Assembly (NCBI GenBank): GCA_963781885.1
Contig: CAWAHW010000003.1
Coordinates: 1 to 64,000 of the forward strand
Origin: an uncultured Spirochaetota bacterium
GTDB lineage: Bacteria; Spirochaetota; Spirochaetia; SZUA-6; Fen-1364
Direction: 5' to 3'
Length of the DNA stretch: 64,000 nucleotides
Every line of letters starts with the position of its first letter. The first letter of the stretch is position 1. The notes below the pieces were generated by a model. That model worked only from the letters and a program-made list of their open reading frames with translations, did not search any database and was not told the origin of the DNA. Positions 20,685 to 30,612 of this stretch are shown piece by piece. Both the position numbers and the translations under genes were made by a program.

Positions 20685-21296
20685 CTACTCCTTTTTCGCC
20701 GGTGCCGCGTCCGGAGCGGGACCCGGCAGCACGGGGTTCTTGGCGCGCGCAAAGATGAATCCGAAGATGCCGCCGATCAGCCCACCGGCGATATGCGCGA
20801 GCTGCGAAATGGTGTCCGGGGTCAGTGCGTTGACGAACTCCCGCACTAGGTACAGGGCGACGATGAGCACGAAGGTGATGGGGATCTCCCCCTGGCGGAT
20901 ATTGGTGAACGAGCTGAGCAGGATCAGCATGAACACGATGCCGCTCGCCCCGTAGAGCCCCGTGTGCACGAGGAGGAGGTTGAGGAACGCCGTGGCCAGA
21001 GCGGTGACGATCATCATGGCAAGGAGCGGGAGCGAGCCGTACTTTTCCTCCAGCACGGGTCCGATGAGCAGGATGAAGGAGAAATTGCTGATGAGGTGCG
21101 TCCAGTTCTGATGCCCGATCACGTAGGTGACGAGGCGCATCCACGCCAGGAAGGAACGGGGATCGAAGGTGGGTGTCAGCGTGAAGAAGGCGGAGATGAA
21201 GTGCCCCCCGCTGAGCTCGTCGATGATCAGCACGATGGCGCACAGGAAGGCGAAGGTGAGGATGACCGGTGAATTGTAGCGGATGCGGATCTTCAC
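20685..21296 (-). CDS. Rhomboid intramembrane serine protease
   Basis: GTG start overlapping upstream TGA; HLISN, catalytic GASG, AHIAG; multiple TM helices. Confidence 0.9.
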   Translation of the reverse strand: MKIRIRYNSPVILTFAFLCAIVLIIDELSGGHFISAFFTLTPTFDPRSFLAWMRLVTYVIGHQNWTHLISNFSFILLIGPVLEEKYGSLPLLAMMIVTALATAFLNLLLVHTGLYGASGIVFMLILLSSFTNIRQGEIPITFVLIVALYLVREFVNALTPDTISQLAHIAGGLIGGIFGFIFARAKNPVLPGPAPDAAPAKKE

Positions 21297-22515
21297 GGCG
21301 TGCCTCCCCGCAGGGCGCGGCCCAGCTCCGCCTCCACCGCATCGGCGAGCAGCCCCGCGTCGTCCGCGCGGCCGCCGACTCCCTGCATGCGGGACGGGCT
21401 GCCGCCGCCTTTCGCGTCGGATGCGGCAAGGAGACCCGTCACGACCGCGCGCAGGTCCAGGCCGCTGCCCAGTGAATGCCCGATGATCCACTGGTAGGAG
21501 GAGTCCAGGCGGTCGATGGCGATGACCACCCTCCCCGGCGCATTCAGCGCCCGGTCCACGAATGCCTTGAGATAGTCCGCCCCCGCGCCGTTGAACAGCC
21601 GCCGGACGCAGGGCACGGCGCCGATGCAGGGGGCGGCGGACACCGAGTCGTCCGCGTCCGCGGCGGCCTGCGCAAGGCGGAGACGGCGCAGCTCCCGGCT
21701 CGGCCTCGCGCTCGCGCCCGATCAGCTCCGCCACCCGCCGCTCGATGGAATCCTCCCCGCACGTCAGGGCACGGCTCAGCGCCTGGGCCAGTGCCGATCT
21801 TGCGCCGATAGTCGTCGAAGGCTCGTTTGCCGATCAGGAGGTGGAGACGCGTCCGCCCCCGTATCTTCTCCTGCGACACCGCCTTGATGAGACCGATCTC
21901 CCCGGTGCGTGCGACGTGAACGCCGCCGCAGGCCGCCCAGTCGAATGATTCGACCTCCACGATGCGCAGGCGCGGCTCATCCGGCGGCGTGCGCCGCAGC
22001 GGGAAACGCGACGCCTCGGCGCGGTCCACCTCGTGGAGCAGCACGCGGCGGTTTTCCGTCACGATGCCGTTGGCGATGTCCTCCGCTTTTTCGAGCGTCG
22101 CGGGGGGCACCTCCTCCGCGCGCAGCTCTATCGTCGTCTCATCCTCGCCGAAATGAACGGAAACCGTCTCAAGCTTTCCGGCCTGGACGAGTGCCTGGGA
22201 AAAGACGTGCTGCCCGGTATGCTGCACCATGTACGCGCGCCGATGCGCGGGATCCACCGCGCCGCGCACCGTGCTCCCGGCGGCCGCCTCGATGCGGGGC
22301 TCCACCACGTGCACGATGCTCTCTCCCCGCCAGGCCGTTTCCACGACCCGCGCGCCCGCCAGCGTGCCGATGTCGCACGGCTGGCCCCCGCCGCCGGGAT
22401 AGAATGCGGTCCGGTCCAGCTCCACTTCCGTGCGGCCGTCGTGCTCCTGCACGCCGACCACCGTGGCCTCGAAATCGAGCGCCGAGGAATCGCCATAGTA
22501 CAGCTTTTCGGTCAC
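21293..22515 (-). CDS. AlaX-type alanyl-tRNA editing protein with DHHA1 tail; two frameshifts (about 21795 and 21696)
   Basis: TEKLYY, TAFYPGGGGQP, QHTGQH (HxxxH), ACGGVH (CxxxH), KGGGS; pieces lie in three frames. Confidence 0.85.
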
Positions 22516-22542
22516 GCGGCATGCTAGCGCCAATCCCCATTC

Positions 22543-22572
22543 TTGACAAGGCTCCGGACGGGCGCGTAGTGT
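22543..22572 (+). promoter_or_regulatory. Sigma70-like promoter of the M42 peptidase operon
   Basis: TTGACA-18 nt-TAGTGT followed by GAGGAG RBS. Confidence 0.55.
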
Positions 22573-22593
22573 GGAAAGAGGAGAATCACCTTC

Positions 22594-23730
22594 ATGGAAG
22601 AGCGCGCGCTGGATTTTCTCAAGGGTCTTTGCGAAAGTTTCGGTCCGTCCGGTTTCGAGCGGGATCCCGTCTCCCTTGTGAAGGCCTACGTGCGGCCCTT
22701 TGCCGACGAAATTGGCAGCGACAGGCTGGGATCGCTGCACTTCAGCGCGGCCGGCAAATCGGCGCGCCCCGTCGTCCTTCTCCCCGGTCACGTCGACGAG
22801 GTCGGTTTCATCGTGAGCGGCGTGAACGCGCACGGCTTCCTCACCTTCAACGCGCTCGGGGGATGGTTCGACCAGGTGCTCCTGGGACAGAAGGTGCGCA
22901 TCCGCACGTCAAAGGGCGTCGTGATCGGCGTGATCGCGGCAAAGCCTCCGCACATCCTGCCGCCGGAGGAACGCGCAAAGGTCGTCACGCGCGACAAGAT
23001 GTTCATCGACATCGGCTGCTCCAACGAAAGGGAGGCACGCGACATGGGGGTGCGCATCGGCGACCCCGCGGTGCCCGATTCGCCCTTTTACACGATCACG
23101 AAGAATGTCTACCGCAAGCCGGAGGGCGGCGGCGAGGAAAAGGCCGCCGGCACGACCATGATCGCCTGCGGCAAGGCCTTCGACGACCGGGTCGGCGCAT
23201 TCATCGCCGCCGAGGTCGTGCGCCGCCTGAAGGAGGGACGCATCGCGCACCCCAACATGGTGGTCGGCGCGGCGACGGTCCAGGAAGAGGTCGGTCTCCG
23301 CGGCGCCCGCACCTCGGCGCACGTGGTCCAGCCCGACGTGTGCATCACGCTGGAGGTCGACATCGCGGGGGACGTGCCGGGCATCGAGGCGCACGAGGCG
23401 CCGACGAAGATGGGCTTCGGCCCCGCCATCCTCACGTATGACGCATCGATGATCCCCAACCAGGGTTTGAAGGACCTGATCGTGCGGGTGGCGGAGGAGA
23501 CGGGCATCCCCTGGCAGTTCTCCCAGATGAAGGGGGGCGGCACGGACGCGGGGGCAATCCACATCGCGAATGCCGGGTGCCCGAGCATCGTTCTGACCGT
23601 TCCCACTCGTCACATCCATTCCCACGTCGGGATGGTGAGCATCTCCGACATCGACAACGCCGTGGCGCTGATCGTCGAGGTGGTCCAGCGGCTCGACGCG
23701 CGGACGGTGGAATCCTTCACGGCAATCTGA
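22594..23730 (+). CDS. M42-family aminopeptidase
   Basis: GPSGFE, GHVDEVG, KAFDDR, VQEEVGLRGA, GGTDAG, RHIHS. Confidence 0.93.
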   Translation: MEERALDFLKGLCESFGPSGFERDPVSLVKAYVRPFADEIGSDRLGSLHFSAAGKSARPVVLLPGHVDEVGFIVSGVNAHGFLTFNALGGWFDQVLLGQKVRIRTSKGVVIGVIAAKPPHILPPEERAKVVTRDKMFIDIGCSNEREARDMGVRIGDPAVPDSPFYTITKNVYRKPEGGGEEKAAGTTMIACGKAFDDRVGAFIAAEVVRRLKEGRIAHPNMVVGAATVQEEVGLRGARTSAHVVQPDVCITLEVDIAGDVPGIEAHEAPTKMGFGPAILTYDASMIPNQGLKDLIVRVAEETGIPWQFSQMKGGGTDAGAIHIANAGCPSIVLTVPTRHIHSHVGMVSISDIDNAVALIVEVVQRLDARTVESFTAI

Positions 23731-23740
23731 GGAGGCGCGC

Positions 23741-23932
23741 ATGGCGGCACTTGCGTCACTGGAGGAGCTGAAGCTCGTGCTCGCGGACCTCGAGCAGCTC
23801 AAGACCGCACAGCCCGACGCTTATGACATGATCGCGGCGGTGCTCCGCAAGCATCGCAAGGTGGGCTACAAGAACATCTGCAAGCTGCTCCTCGGGGAGT
23901 CCACGCCGGAAAAGCTCAAGGGTGAGCAATAG
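23741..23932 (+). CDS. Small hypothetical protein (63 aa)
   Basis: Strong GAGGAGG RBS; helical; fills the gap between the M42 and exonuclease genes. Confidence 0.72.
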   Translation: MAALASLEELKLVLADLEQLKTAQPDAYDMIAAVLRKHRKVGYKNICKLLLGESTPEKLKGEQ

Positions 23933-24728
23933 CCAGGTCTTCGTCGCATTCGACGTGGAGACGACCGGGCTCGTTCCCGGCGTCGACCGCGTCCTGGAGC
24001 TCGCGGCCGTCAGCTTCACGCGCGACACGGTCCTCCACGTCTCCTCCCAGCTCGTGAATCCCGGCATCCCCATACCCGCCGCCGCAGGCCGGGTGAACGG
24101 CATCACCGACGACATGGTGCGGGATGCGCCGTGCATCGCATCCGTTCTCCCCGCTTTTCTCTCCTTCCTCGGACGCGGTGTGCCGGTGGCGCATAACGCG
24201 AGCTTCGACGTCGGTTTTGTGAGCACGGATGTGGAGGCCCTGGGGCTTCCCCGTCCCGCGGGCCCGGTGCTGGACACGCGCGCGCTGGCGCGCGCGGCAT
24301 TCCCCGGTCGCTACAGCTACAGCCTCACGAATCTCGTCCGGGACCTCGGCATCTGCGTGGAAGGGGCGCACCGGGCCCTTGCGGACGCGCACGCATGCCG
24401 GCTCCTCCTTCTCGAGTGCCTGCGGCAACTCGGTCCGGACCTGTCGGCGGACGAGCTTGCGGCGCGCAGCTTCCCGCGCATTGATTTCACCTCCCACGCG
24501 CCCCGGATGGCCGCCACCGCCGCGCTCCTGCAGGAGGCGCTTGCAGACGACGCGCTTGTCGACATCACCTATCGCAGCGGGGCCGGGGACGTGACGAAGC
24601 GTCGGATCCGGCCGCTCTATTTCACCACCATCGGCGGGAGCAACGCGATTGTCGCGTACTGCTTCCTGCGCGACGATTCGCGGACATTTCATCTTGCCTC
24701 GATCGAGGAGGCCCGGCGGGTCCCCTGA
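23922..24728 (+). CDS. DEDDh 3'-5' exonuclease fused to a C-terminal WYL domain
   Basis: FDVETTG, AHNASFD, HRALADA; then ITYRS...RRIRP...AYCFLRDDSRTFHLASI. Confidence 0.88.
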   Translation: MSNSQVFVAFDVETTGLVPGVDRVLELAAVSFTRDTVLHVSSQLVNPGIPIPAAAGRVNGITDDMVRDAPCIASVLPAFLSFLGRGVPVAHNASFDVGFVSTDVEALGLPRPAGPVLDTRALARAAFPGRYSYSLTNLVRDLGICVEGAHRALADAHACRLLLLECLRQLGPDLSADELAARSFPRIDFTSHAPRMAATAALLQEALADDALVDITYRSGAGDVTKRRIRPLYFTTIGGSNAIVAYCFLRDDSRTFHLASIEEARRVP

Positions 24729-24819
24729 CGCGCGAACGGGCGTCCAGCGGCCGCTGTGCCCGCGCGGGGTTTATCGAAGACGGAGGGGCATGCTACTCTT
24801 GCCCCGAGAGGGGAGGAGC

Positions 24820-27099
24820 ATGCCGGAGCTGACGCAGGAAGCCGCGCGGAGGATCGAATCGATCCTGGACGGGGCGGTGCGGGAGGGTCGATCGGCGCTC
24901 TATGAGCACGAGGTCTACGGCGTCCTCTCGAGTCTCGGGCTCACGGTGCCGCGATTCCTTTTCGTGCAGGACATCGCGGAGCTCGGCGACGAGGCGCTGC
25001 GCCGGTTCGGTCAAACGCTCGTCGTCAAGGTCGTCTCGCCCGAGATCCCGCACAAGCAGAAGCTGGGCGGCGTGCGCAAGGTCGCGGGGGCGGACACCCT
25101 GTACGTCCAGTACGTCCTCACGCGCATGCGGGAGGAGGTGCTGGCCCATTTCCCGCCGGAGGGAAAGCCCCGGATCGTCGGCTTCCTCGTGGTCGAGTAC
25201 ATCCCCCACACGCAGGCGCTGGGTTACGAGGTGCTCATCGGGTTCCGCGAGGACGCGGCATTCGGGCCCGTGCTCACCGTCAGCAAGGGCGGGGACGACG
25301 CGGAGTTTTTCGCGGCGAATTACGACCCGGCGAATCTCTTTCTCCCTCCGATGGACTATGCCGACGCCGCGGCTTTCACCCGCTCGATGCACATCCGCCA
25401 CAAGTTCGAGCAGATCGGCCACCCTGAGTACCTCGACCTGATGGCCCGCGCGGTGGCGGATTTCAGCACGCTTGCCCTGAGCTGGTCGCCGCTCAGCCCG
25501 GGCCGGCGCCACGTCATCAAGGCGCTGGAGGTGAATCCCTTCGCCATTTCCTCCGACGGCAGGTTCGTCGCCCTCGATGGCCTGGCGGAGATCGCCCCGA
25601 TGCCCGTCCCGGAGGAGTGGAATCCCCGGGTGAACACGGCGAATCTCGACGCATTTTTCCGGCCCCGGGGCGTCGCGGTCGTCGGCGTTTCCGCCGACCT
25701 CTCGAAGTACAGCATGGCGCGGGAGATCGCCGCGCTTCTCCACGAGCTGCGTGACGGCGACCTTTACCTGGTCAATCCCCACGAGGGCACGGTGCGGCTG
25801 GGCGGCGTCGACTACCGCCTGTTTCCTTCGCTGGACGCCCTGCCGCGGCCGGTGGAGCTTGCCGTCTATGCCGCCCCGGCGCGCAACATCCCCGACTTCC
25901 TGCGGTCCCTTGCGGGAAGCAGCGTGCGCGCCGTGATCCTCATTCCGGGCGTTCCCTCCTCGGTGGCCTACGCGGACTTCGTGCGGCAGTTGCGCGAGGC
26001 GACGCCTCCGGGGATCAGGGTGATCGGCCCGAACTGCATGGGCGTCTACCACATGGCCGCGGACGGACAGCCGGGGGTGAACACGCTCTTCATCAACGAG
26101 CAGAGGCTGGAGGTGAAATCGTCGCCCGCCTCCAACGCCGTGCTCCTGACGCAGAGCGGGGCGCTCTCCGTCACGGTGATCGACAAGCTCCGCTCCTGCC
26201 GGCCGCTGCGCTCCGTCGTGAGCTTCGGCAACAAGTTCGACGTGAAGGTGGGAGACCTTCTGGAGCACTTCGAGGCGGACCGGGGCACGGAGGTGATCGC
26301 CGTCTATCTCGAAGGGCTCGACCCGGGGGAGGGACGTGCATTCTTCGAGAAGGCGCGCGTCTCCACGAAGCCGATCATCGCGTACAAGAGCGGCCGCACC
26401 GAGGCCGGGGCGCGCTCGGCCGCGTCCCACACCGCCTCGATGACGGGCAACTACGAGGTCTTCCGCGCCGCCTGCCGGCAGGCGGGGGTGGCCCTCGCGC
26501 AGACCATCGAAGAGTTCTCCGACGCCATCCGCGCCTTTGCCCTGCTCGCCGGGCGTCGCCCCCGGGGCAACCGGGTGGCCGGCGTGGTGAACGCGGGCTT
26601 CGAATCGACCGTGGGGGCAGACGAGCTGAAGGGCCTGACCCAGGCGCGGCTCTCCCCGTCCACGGTTGAGAGGCTCAACACGATCAACCGTTTCGGGCTC
26701 GTGGACACGTCGTCACCCTTCCTCGACATCACGCCCATGGCCGACGACGCGATGTACGCTGAGTTCGCGGAGGCGGTGCTCGAGGACGACGGGGTGGATT
26801 GCGTCTTCATCGCGGTGGTGCCGCACGCGGTGTCCCTCCAGACCGTGCCGGAAAACTGCCGCAACCCAGACGCGCTCGCGCCGCGCCTGGTCGAGATCGC
26901 GCGCCGCCACCAGAAGCCGATGGTCGTGTCGGTCAATGCGGGACGCCATTACGCCAACTTCGTCGCCGTGATGGAAGAGGGGGGGCTGCCGGTCTTTTCC
27001 GACATCCGCGCGGCGATTACGTCGCTGGACACGTTCGTTTCCTACTGCATCGGCAAGGCGTCACACGCCGGCATTGCCGCCTGCAATGAGAGGGCCTGA
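24820..27099 (+). CDS. ADP-forming acyl-CoA synthetase (ATP-grasp N-terminal, CoA-binding C-terminal)
   Basis: LYEHEV, KVVSPEIPHK..GGV, FGPVLTV; then FFRPRGVAVVG, GPNCMG, SHTASMTG (phospho-His). Confidence 0.88.
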   Translation: MPELTQEAARRIESILDGAVREGRSALYEHEVYGVLSSLGLTVPRFLFVQDIAELGDEALRRFGQTLVVKVVSPEIPHKQKLGGVRKVAGADTLYVQYVLTRMREEVLAHFPPEGKPRIVGFLVVEYIPHTQALGYEVLIGFREDAAFGPVLTVSKGGDDAEFFAANYDPANLFLPPMDYADAAAFTRSMHIRHKFEQIGHPEYLDLMARAVADFSTLALSWSPLSPGRRHVIKALEVNPFAISSDGRFVALDGLAEIAPMPVPEEWNPRVNTANLDAFFRPRGVAVVGVSADLSKYSMAREIAALLHELRDGDLYLVNPHEGTVRLGGVDYRLFPSLDALPRPVELAVYAAPARNIPDFLRSLAGSSVRAVILIPGVPSSVAYADFVRQLREATPPGIRVIGPNCMGVYHMAADGQPGVNTLFINEQRLEVKSSPASNAVLLTQSGALSVTVIDKLRSCRPLRSVVSFGNKFDVKVGDLLEHFEADRGTEVIAVYLEGLDPGEGRAFFEKARVSTKPIIAYKSGRTEAGARSAASHTASMTGNYEVFRAACRQAGVALAQTIEEFSDAIRAFALLAGRRPRGNRVAGVVNAGFESTVGADELKGLTQARLSPSTVERLNTINRFGLVDTSSPFLDITPMADDAMYAEFAEAVLEDDGVDCVFIAVVPHAVSLQTVPENCRNPDALAPRLVEIARRHQKPMVVSVNAGRHYANFVAVMEEGGLPVFSDIRAAITSLDTFVSYCIGKASHAGIAACNERA

Positions 27100-27123
27100 G
27101 CCCGGACGGCCTGGCGGAACCGC

Positions 27124-27627
27124 ATGGAGATGTTCCAGCTCGTCGACAAATCGGGCCGTCCCATCGGCCAGGCGTCCCGGGAGGAGTGCCACGGCAACCC
27201 GCGGCTCATCCACCTCGTCGTGCACGTCCACGTATTCGATCCGTCCGGTCGCCTGTATCTTCAGAGGAGATCGATGGGAAAGGATACGAACCCCGGTCTC
27301 TGGGACACCTCCGTGGGAGGGCACGTCATGGCGGGGGAGGCGGTGGAAGCGGCGGTTCGCCGTGAGGCGCAGGAGGAGCTCGGGATCGACGCATCGGGCG
27401 CCGTGCCCCTCTATTCGTACCTTCGGGAGGGCAGCTTTGAATCGGAGTTCGCGGCGTGTTTTCGGCTTTCATGGGCCGGCGCCATCTCGGTGGATCCGGT
27501 GGAGATCGATGACGGGCGCTTCTTCACGCTCGCCGAGGTCAAGGCGATGATCGGCACGGCATGGCTCACGCCGCTGTTCCAGGAGGAGTGGCCCCGTCTC
27601 CTTGCCGCGCTCGGGGCGACGCCATGA
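27124..27627 (+). CDS. NUDIX hydrolase (IDI/YfcD-like)
   Basis: HLVVHV, LQRRS, WDTSVGGHV, REAQEELG (Nudix box). Confidence 0.9.
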   Translation: MEMFQLVDKSGRPIGQASREECHGNPRLIHLVVHVHVFDPSGRLYLQRRSMGKDTNPGLWDTSVGGHVMAGEAVEAAVRREAQEELGIDASGAVPLYSYLREGSFESEFAACFRLSWAGAISVDPVEIDDGRFFTLAEVKAMIGTAWLTPLFQEEWPRLLAALGATP

Positions 27628-28886
27628 TCGCAACCGCGCCCGCTCTCATCCTCATCTGCGCGGCCGTCGTTGCGCTCGTCGTGACCGTTATGGGGTGGCG
27701 GCGACGATCGATCCCGGGAGGCACGGCATTCTCCCTCATGATGTTCTCCGTCTGCATCTGGGCACTCGGGTCGGGCATCGGGGCGGCGGCCATCGGGCTG
27801 GACCGGAAGCTCGCTTCGGCCGTCTTCAGTTACATCGGCACGGTCAATGTCGCGCCGTTGTTCCTCGTCTTCGCCGTCCGCTACCGCTGGCGTGAATGGC
27901 GGGCGTCCTGGTGGCAGTTCGCGCTTCTGTGGCTCATCCCGCTGGCGACGCTTGTCCTTGCCGCGACAAACGGACTGCACCACCTCGTCTGGACCGGCAT
28001 CACTCTCATGGCCGGCACAAACAGCGCGATCTACGGCCGCGGCCCCTGGTACTTTGTCGCCGTCTTCTACTACGCGGCCCTGGGGCTTGCCTCTGCACTC
28101 ATCATCATCCCCACGGCCCTGCGCGCGCAGCGCATCTACATCCGGCAGACCGTCATCCTCATGACGGGTCTCGCCGTGCCGTGGATCGGCACCGCGCTCT
28201 ACCTGCTCCCGATCCACCTGTTCGCGGGGCTCGACCTGCCGTCCATCGGGTTCGCGGTCACCGGCATCCTCGTCTTTTTCGGCATGACGCGATTTCGGCT
28301 CTTCGACATCGTGCCCATGGCGCGTGACCGGCTCGTGGAGGGCATGGCTGACGGGCTGATCGTCATCGACGTGCAGGGCAGGATCGTGGACATGAACCCG
28401 TCCGCCCGCGTTTTTTTGCCGGCGGGCACGACGATCGGGGGCCGCATCGGCATGGGCGACGGTCCATTCGGCGCGGCGCTCGCCGTCGCGCGGGCCGGGG
28501 GCACCGGCACGGGCGGGATGCCGCATCCCGGGATCGCGGGCGGATACCTGGAGATACGGGAGTCGACCCTGAAGGACAGGGCAGGCGAGGTGACGGGGAC
28601 TCTCGTCCTGATCCACGACCTGAGCGATCGCAGGAAGCTGGAGCTGGAGCGCGAGAAGCTCATTGCGGAGCTCACGACGGCGCTCTCCGAAGTGCGCACC
28701 CTGCAGGGGCTGCTCCCCATCTGCTCCTCATGCCGGAGGATACGCGACGACAGCGGCGCGTGGAGCACGCTGGAGAGCTACGTCGTGAAGAACACCGATG
28801 CGAAGCTCACGCACGGGCTGTGCGACGACTGCATCCGGAAGCTCTATCCCGAGCTCGCCGACAGGGGACCCGGCGACTCGGTGTAG
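27624..28886 (+). CDS. HisKA_7TM + PAS sensor with Cys-rich tail; no kinase domain
   Basis: About 7 TM helices; PAS (DGLIVIDVQGRIVDMNP); tail LLPICSSCRRIRDD...THGLCDDC. Confidence 0.82.
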   Translation: MIATAPALILICAAVVALVVTVMGWRRRSIPGGTAFSLMMFSVCIWALGSGIGAAAIGLDRKLASAVFSYIGTVNVAPLFLVFAVRYRWREWRASWWQFALLWLIPLATLVLAATNGLHHLVWTGITLMAGTNSAIYGRGPWYFVAVFYYAALGLASALIIIPTALRAQRIYIRQTVILMTGLAVPWIGTALYLLPIHLFAGLDLPSIGFAVTGILVFFGMTRFRLFDIVPMARDRLVEGMADGLIVIDVQGRIVDMNPSARVFLPAGTTIGGRIGMGDGPFGAALAVARAGGTGTGGMPHPGIAGGYLEIRESTLKDRAGEVTGTLVLIHDLSDRRKLELEREKLIAELTTALSEVRTLQGLLPICSSCRRIRDDSGAWSTLESYVVKNTDAKLTHGLCDDCIRKLYPELADRGPGDSV

Positions 28887-29386
28887 CCTGCCGCCTGCCG
28901 GGCCAGCGCGATGTAGGCCCGGCCGTTCTCCCGGATCTTCTCCACGCCCTCATCGTCGACGTTGCGCGTCGCCTTCGCGGGGCTTCCCAGGATCAGGGAC
29001 CGGGGCGGAAAGACCTTTCCCTCCGTGACCAGAGCGCCGGCTCCCACGATGCTCTCCCGTCCGATCCGCGCGCCGCTCAGGACCACGGCGCCCATGCCGA
29101 TGAGGCAGCCGTCCTCCACCGTGCATCCGTGCAGCACCGCGTTGTGCCCCACCGTCACGTTGTCGCCGATCGCCAGGGGCAGACCCGTATCGACGTGGAG
29201 CGTCGCGCCGTCCTGGATGTTGCTGCCGCGGCCCACCGTGATGCCGGCAAGATCGCCGCGCAGGGTGGCGCTGAACCAGACGCTTGCGTCCTCGCCCAGT
29301 GTCACGTCGCCCGCCACCTCCGCGTTCCACGCGACGAAGGCCGCCTTGCCCACGTCCGGACGCTTCTCACCCATGTCGTGCACCAT
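28844..29386 (-). CDS. Gamma carbonic anhydrase family protein
   Basis: LRGD, SNIQD, VGHNAVLHGC, hexapeptide repeats. Confidence 0.92.
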   Translation of the reverse strand: MVHDMGEKRPDVGKAAFVAWNAEVAGDVTLGEDASVWFSATLRGDLAGITVGRGSNIQDGATLHVDTGLPLAIGDNVTVGHNAVLHGCTVEDGCLIGMGAVVLSGARIGRESIVGAGALVTEGKVFPPRSLILGSPAKATRNVDDEGVEKIRENGRAYIALARQAAGYTESPGPLSASSG

Positions 29387-30612
29387 TCACGCCCCCGTTC
29401 CGTTCACCCTGTCTGCCATGCCGGTTTTCAGCAGATAGGCATTGATCGAGATCCTGTTCTTCAGCAACACGCGCGCCCGAACGAAACCGTCCTCTCCCGG
29501 GACCTCATCCTTCAGGATCACCTTTTTCCCGCGCACGCGCTGCAAAAGATAGGCGCGCGCACCGGGCCGGTCTGCGATGCGCAGGTCGGCGAAACGCACC
29601 CGCGTGCCCGTGTCCAGCGTGAGGCTGCAATCGTCGCTCACTGCCACGACCGTCTGCAGGGAGAAAGGGGGGGCGTCGCCTGCCGGCTCGGCGACCGGCT
29701 CCATGTCTGGAACGCTCGGTCTCCAGGTGCTCGACGGCCGCGGCCCCGCCGGAAGCGTCTTTCGCCTCTGGACGACCGTCAGCCGGGCTCCGCGTGCCTC
29801 CAGGCGCGCGACCGCCTTGCCGATGTAGGCGGCGTTTATCTCATAGCCTACCGCGCTGCGCCCCAGCGCCACGGCCACCGCGGCAGTCGTCCCTGTTCCC
29901 AGGAAGGGATCGAGTATCGTATCCCCCGGGAAACTGAACATCCGGATGAGCCGCCGCGGTATCTCCTCGGGGAATGGCGCCTCGTGGCCGGCTTTCCGCG
30001 CGCCGCCCAGGTCCCAGTGCCCGGAGAACCAGCTCTTCCACTCCTCGGTGCTGAGCGCGGCGCCTTCTGCTTCGCCGTGCGCGCCACGCTCCGTGCCTTC
30101 CCCGGTTTCTTGAAGAGCAGGATGTATTCGAAATCGATCTCCACGATGCCGTTGGGCGGGTAGGGAAAAGAGCCCATGACCACGGCGCCCCCGGAGGTGT
30201 TCAGGGTCGTCTTTTTCCGCCAGATGATGGCGCCCAGGTAATCGAAACCCAGCGCGACGCATTGGCCGACGATCTCCGCGTGCAGGGGGATGACGCGATA
30301 GCGGCCGAAGAGACGCGCACGGGCGAACTGGTCCCCGACGTTCACGCACAGCCTGCCGCCCTCCCGCACGACGCGCCGGCATTCCGCCCAGGCGCGGTGC
30401 AGGTCCTCCAGGTACGCGTGCAGGCTCTGCCCGTAGCCGATCTGCCCGGCCGCGCCATAGTCCTTGATCATCCAGTAGGGGGGTGAGGTGACGACCAGCG
30501 CGATGCTTTCATCGGGCACCTCCGGCATCGCGCGGCAGTCCGCATGATGGAGGACGCACGTCGACGGAGGCGCCCCGGTCTCCCGCGCATCGGTGGAGGC
30601 CTTTTCTAGCAT
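29387..30612 (-). CDS. Beta-class amino DNA methyltransferase (SPPY, probably m4C) with SNase-like C-terminal domain; frameshift at about 30062
   Basis: VVTSPPYW precedes HEAPFPEE and LDPFLGTGTT. Tail V.V..D.SL.L.TG.RVRF....ARAYL...GKKVIL...INAYL..G.A resembles the thermonuclease fold. Confidence 0.85.

Noticed and set aside
29387-30612. Complete restriction-modification system
   Set aside because: No restriction endonuclease or specificity gene is recognisable nearby.
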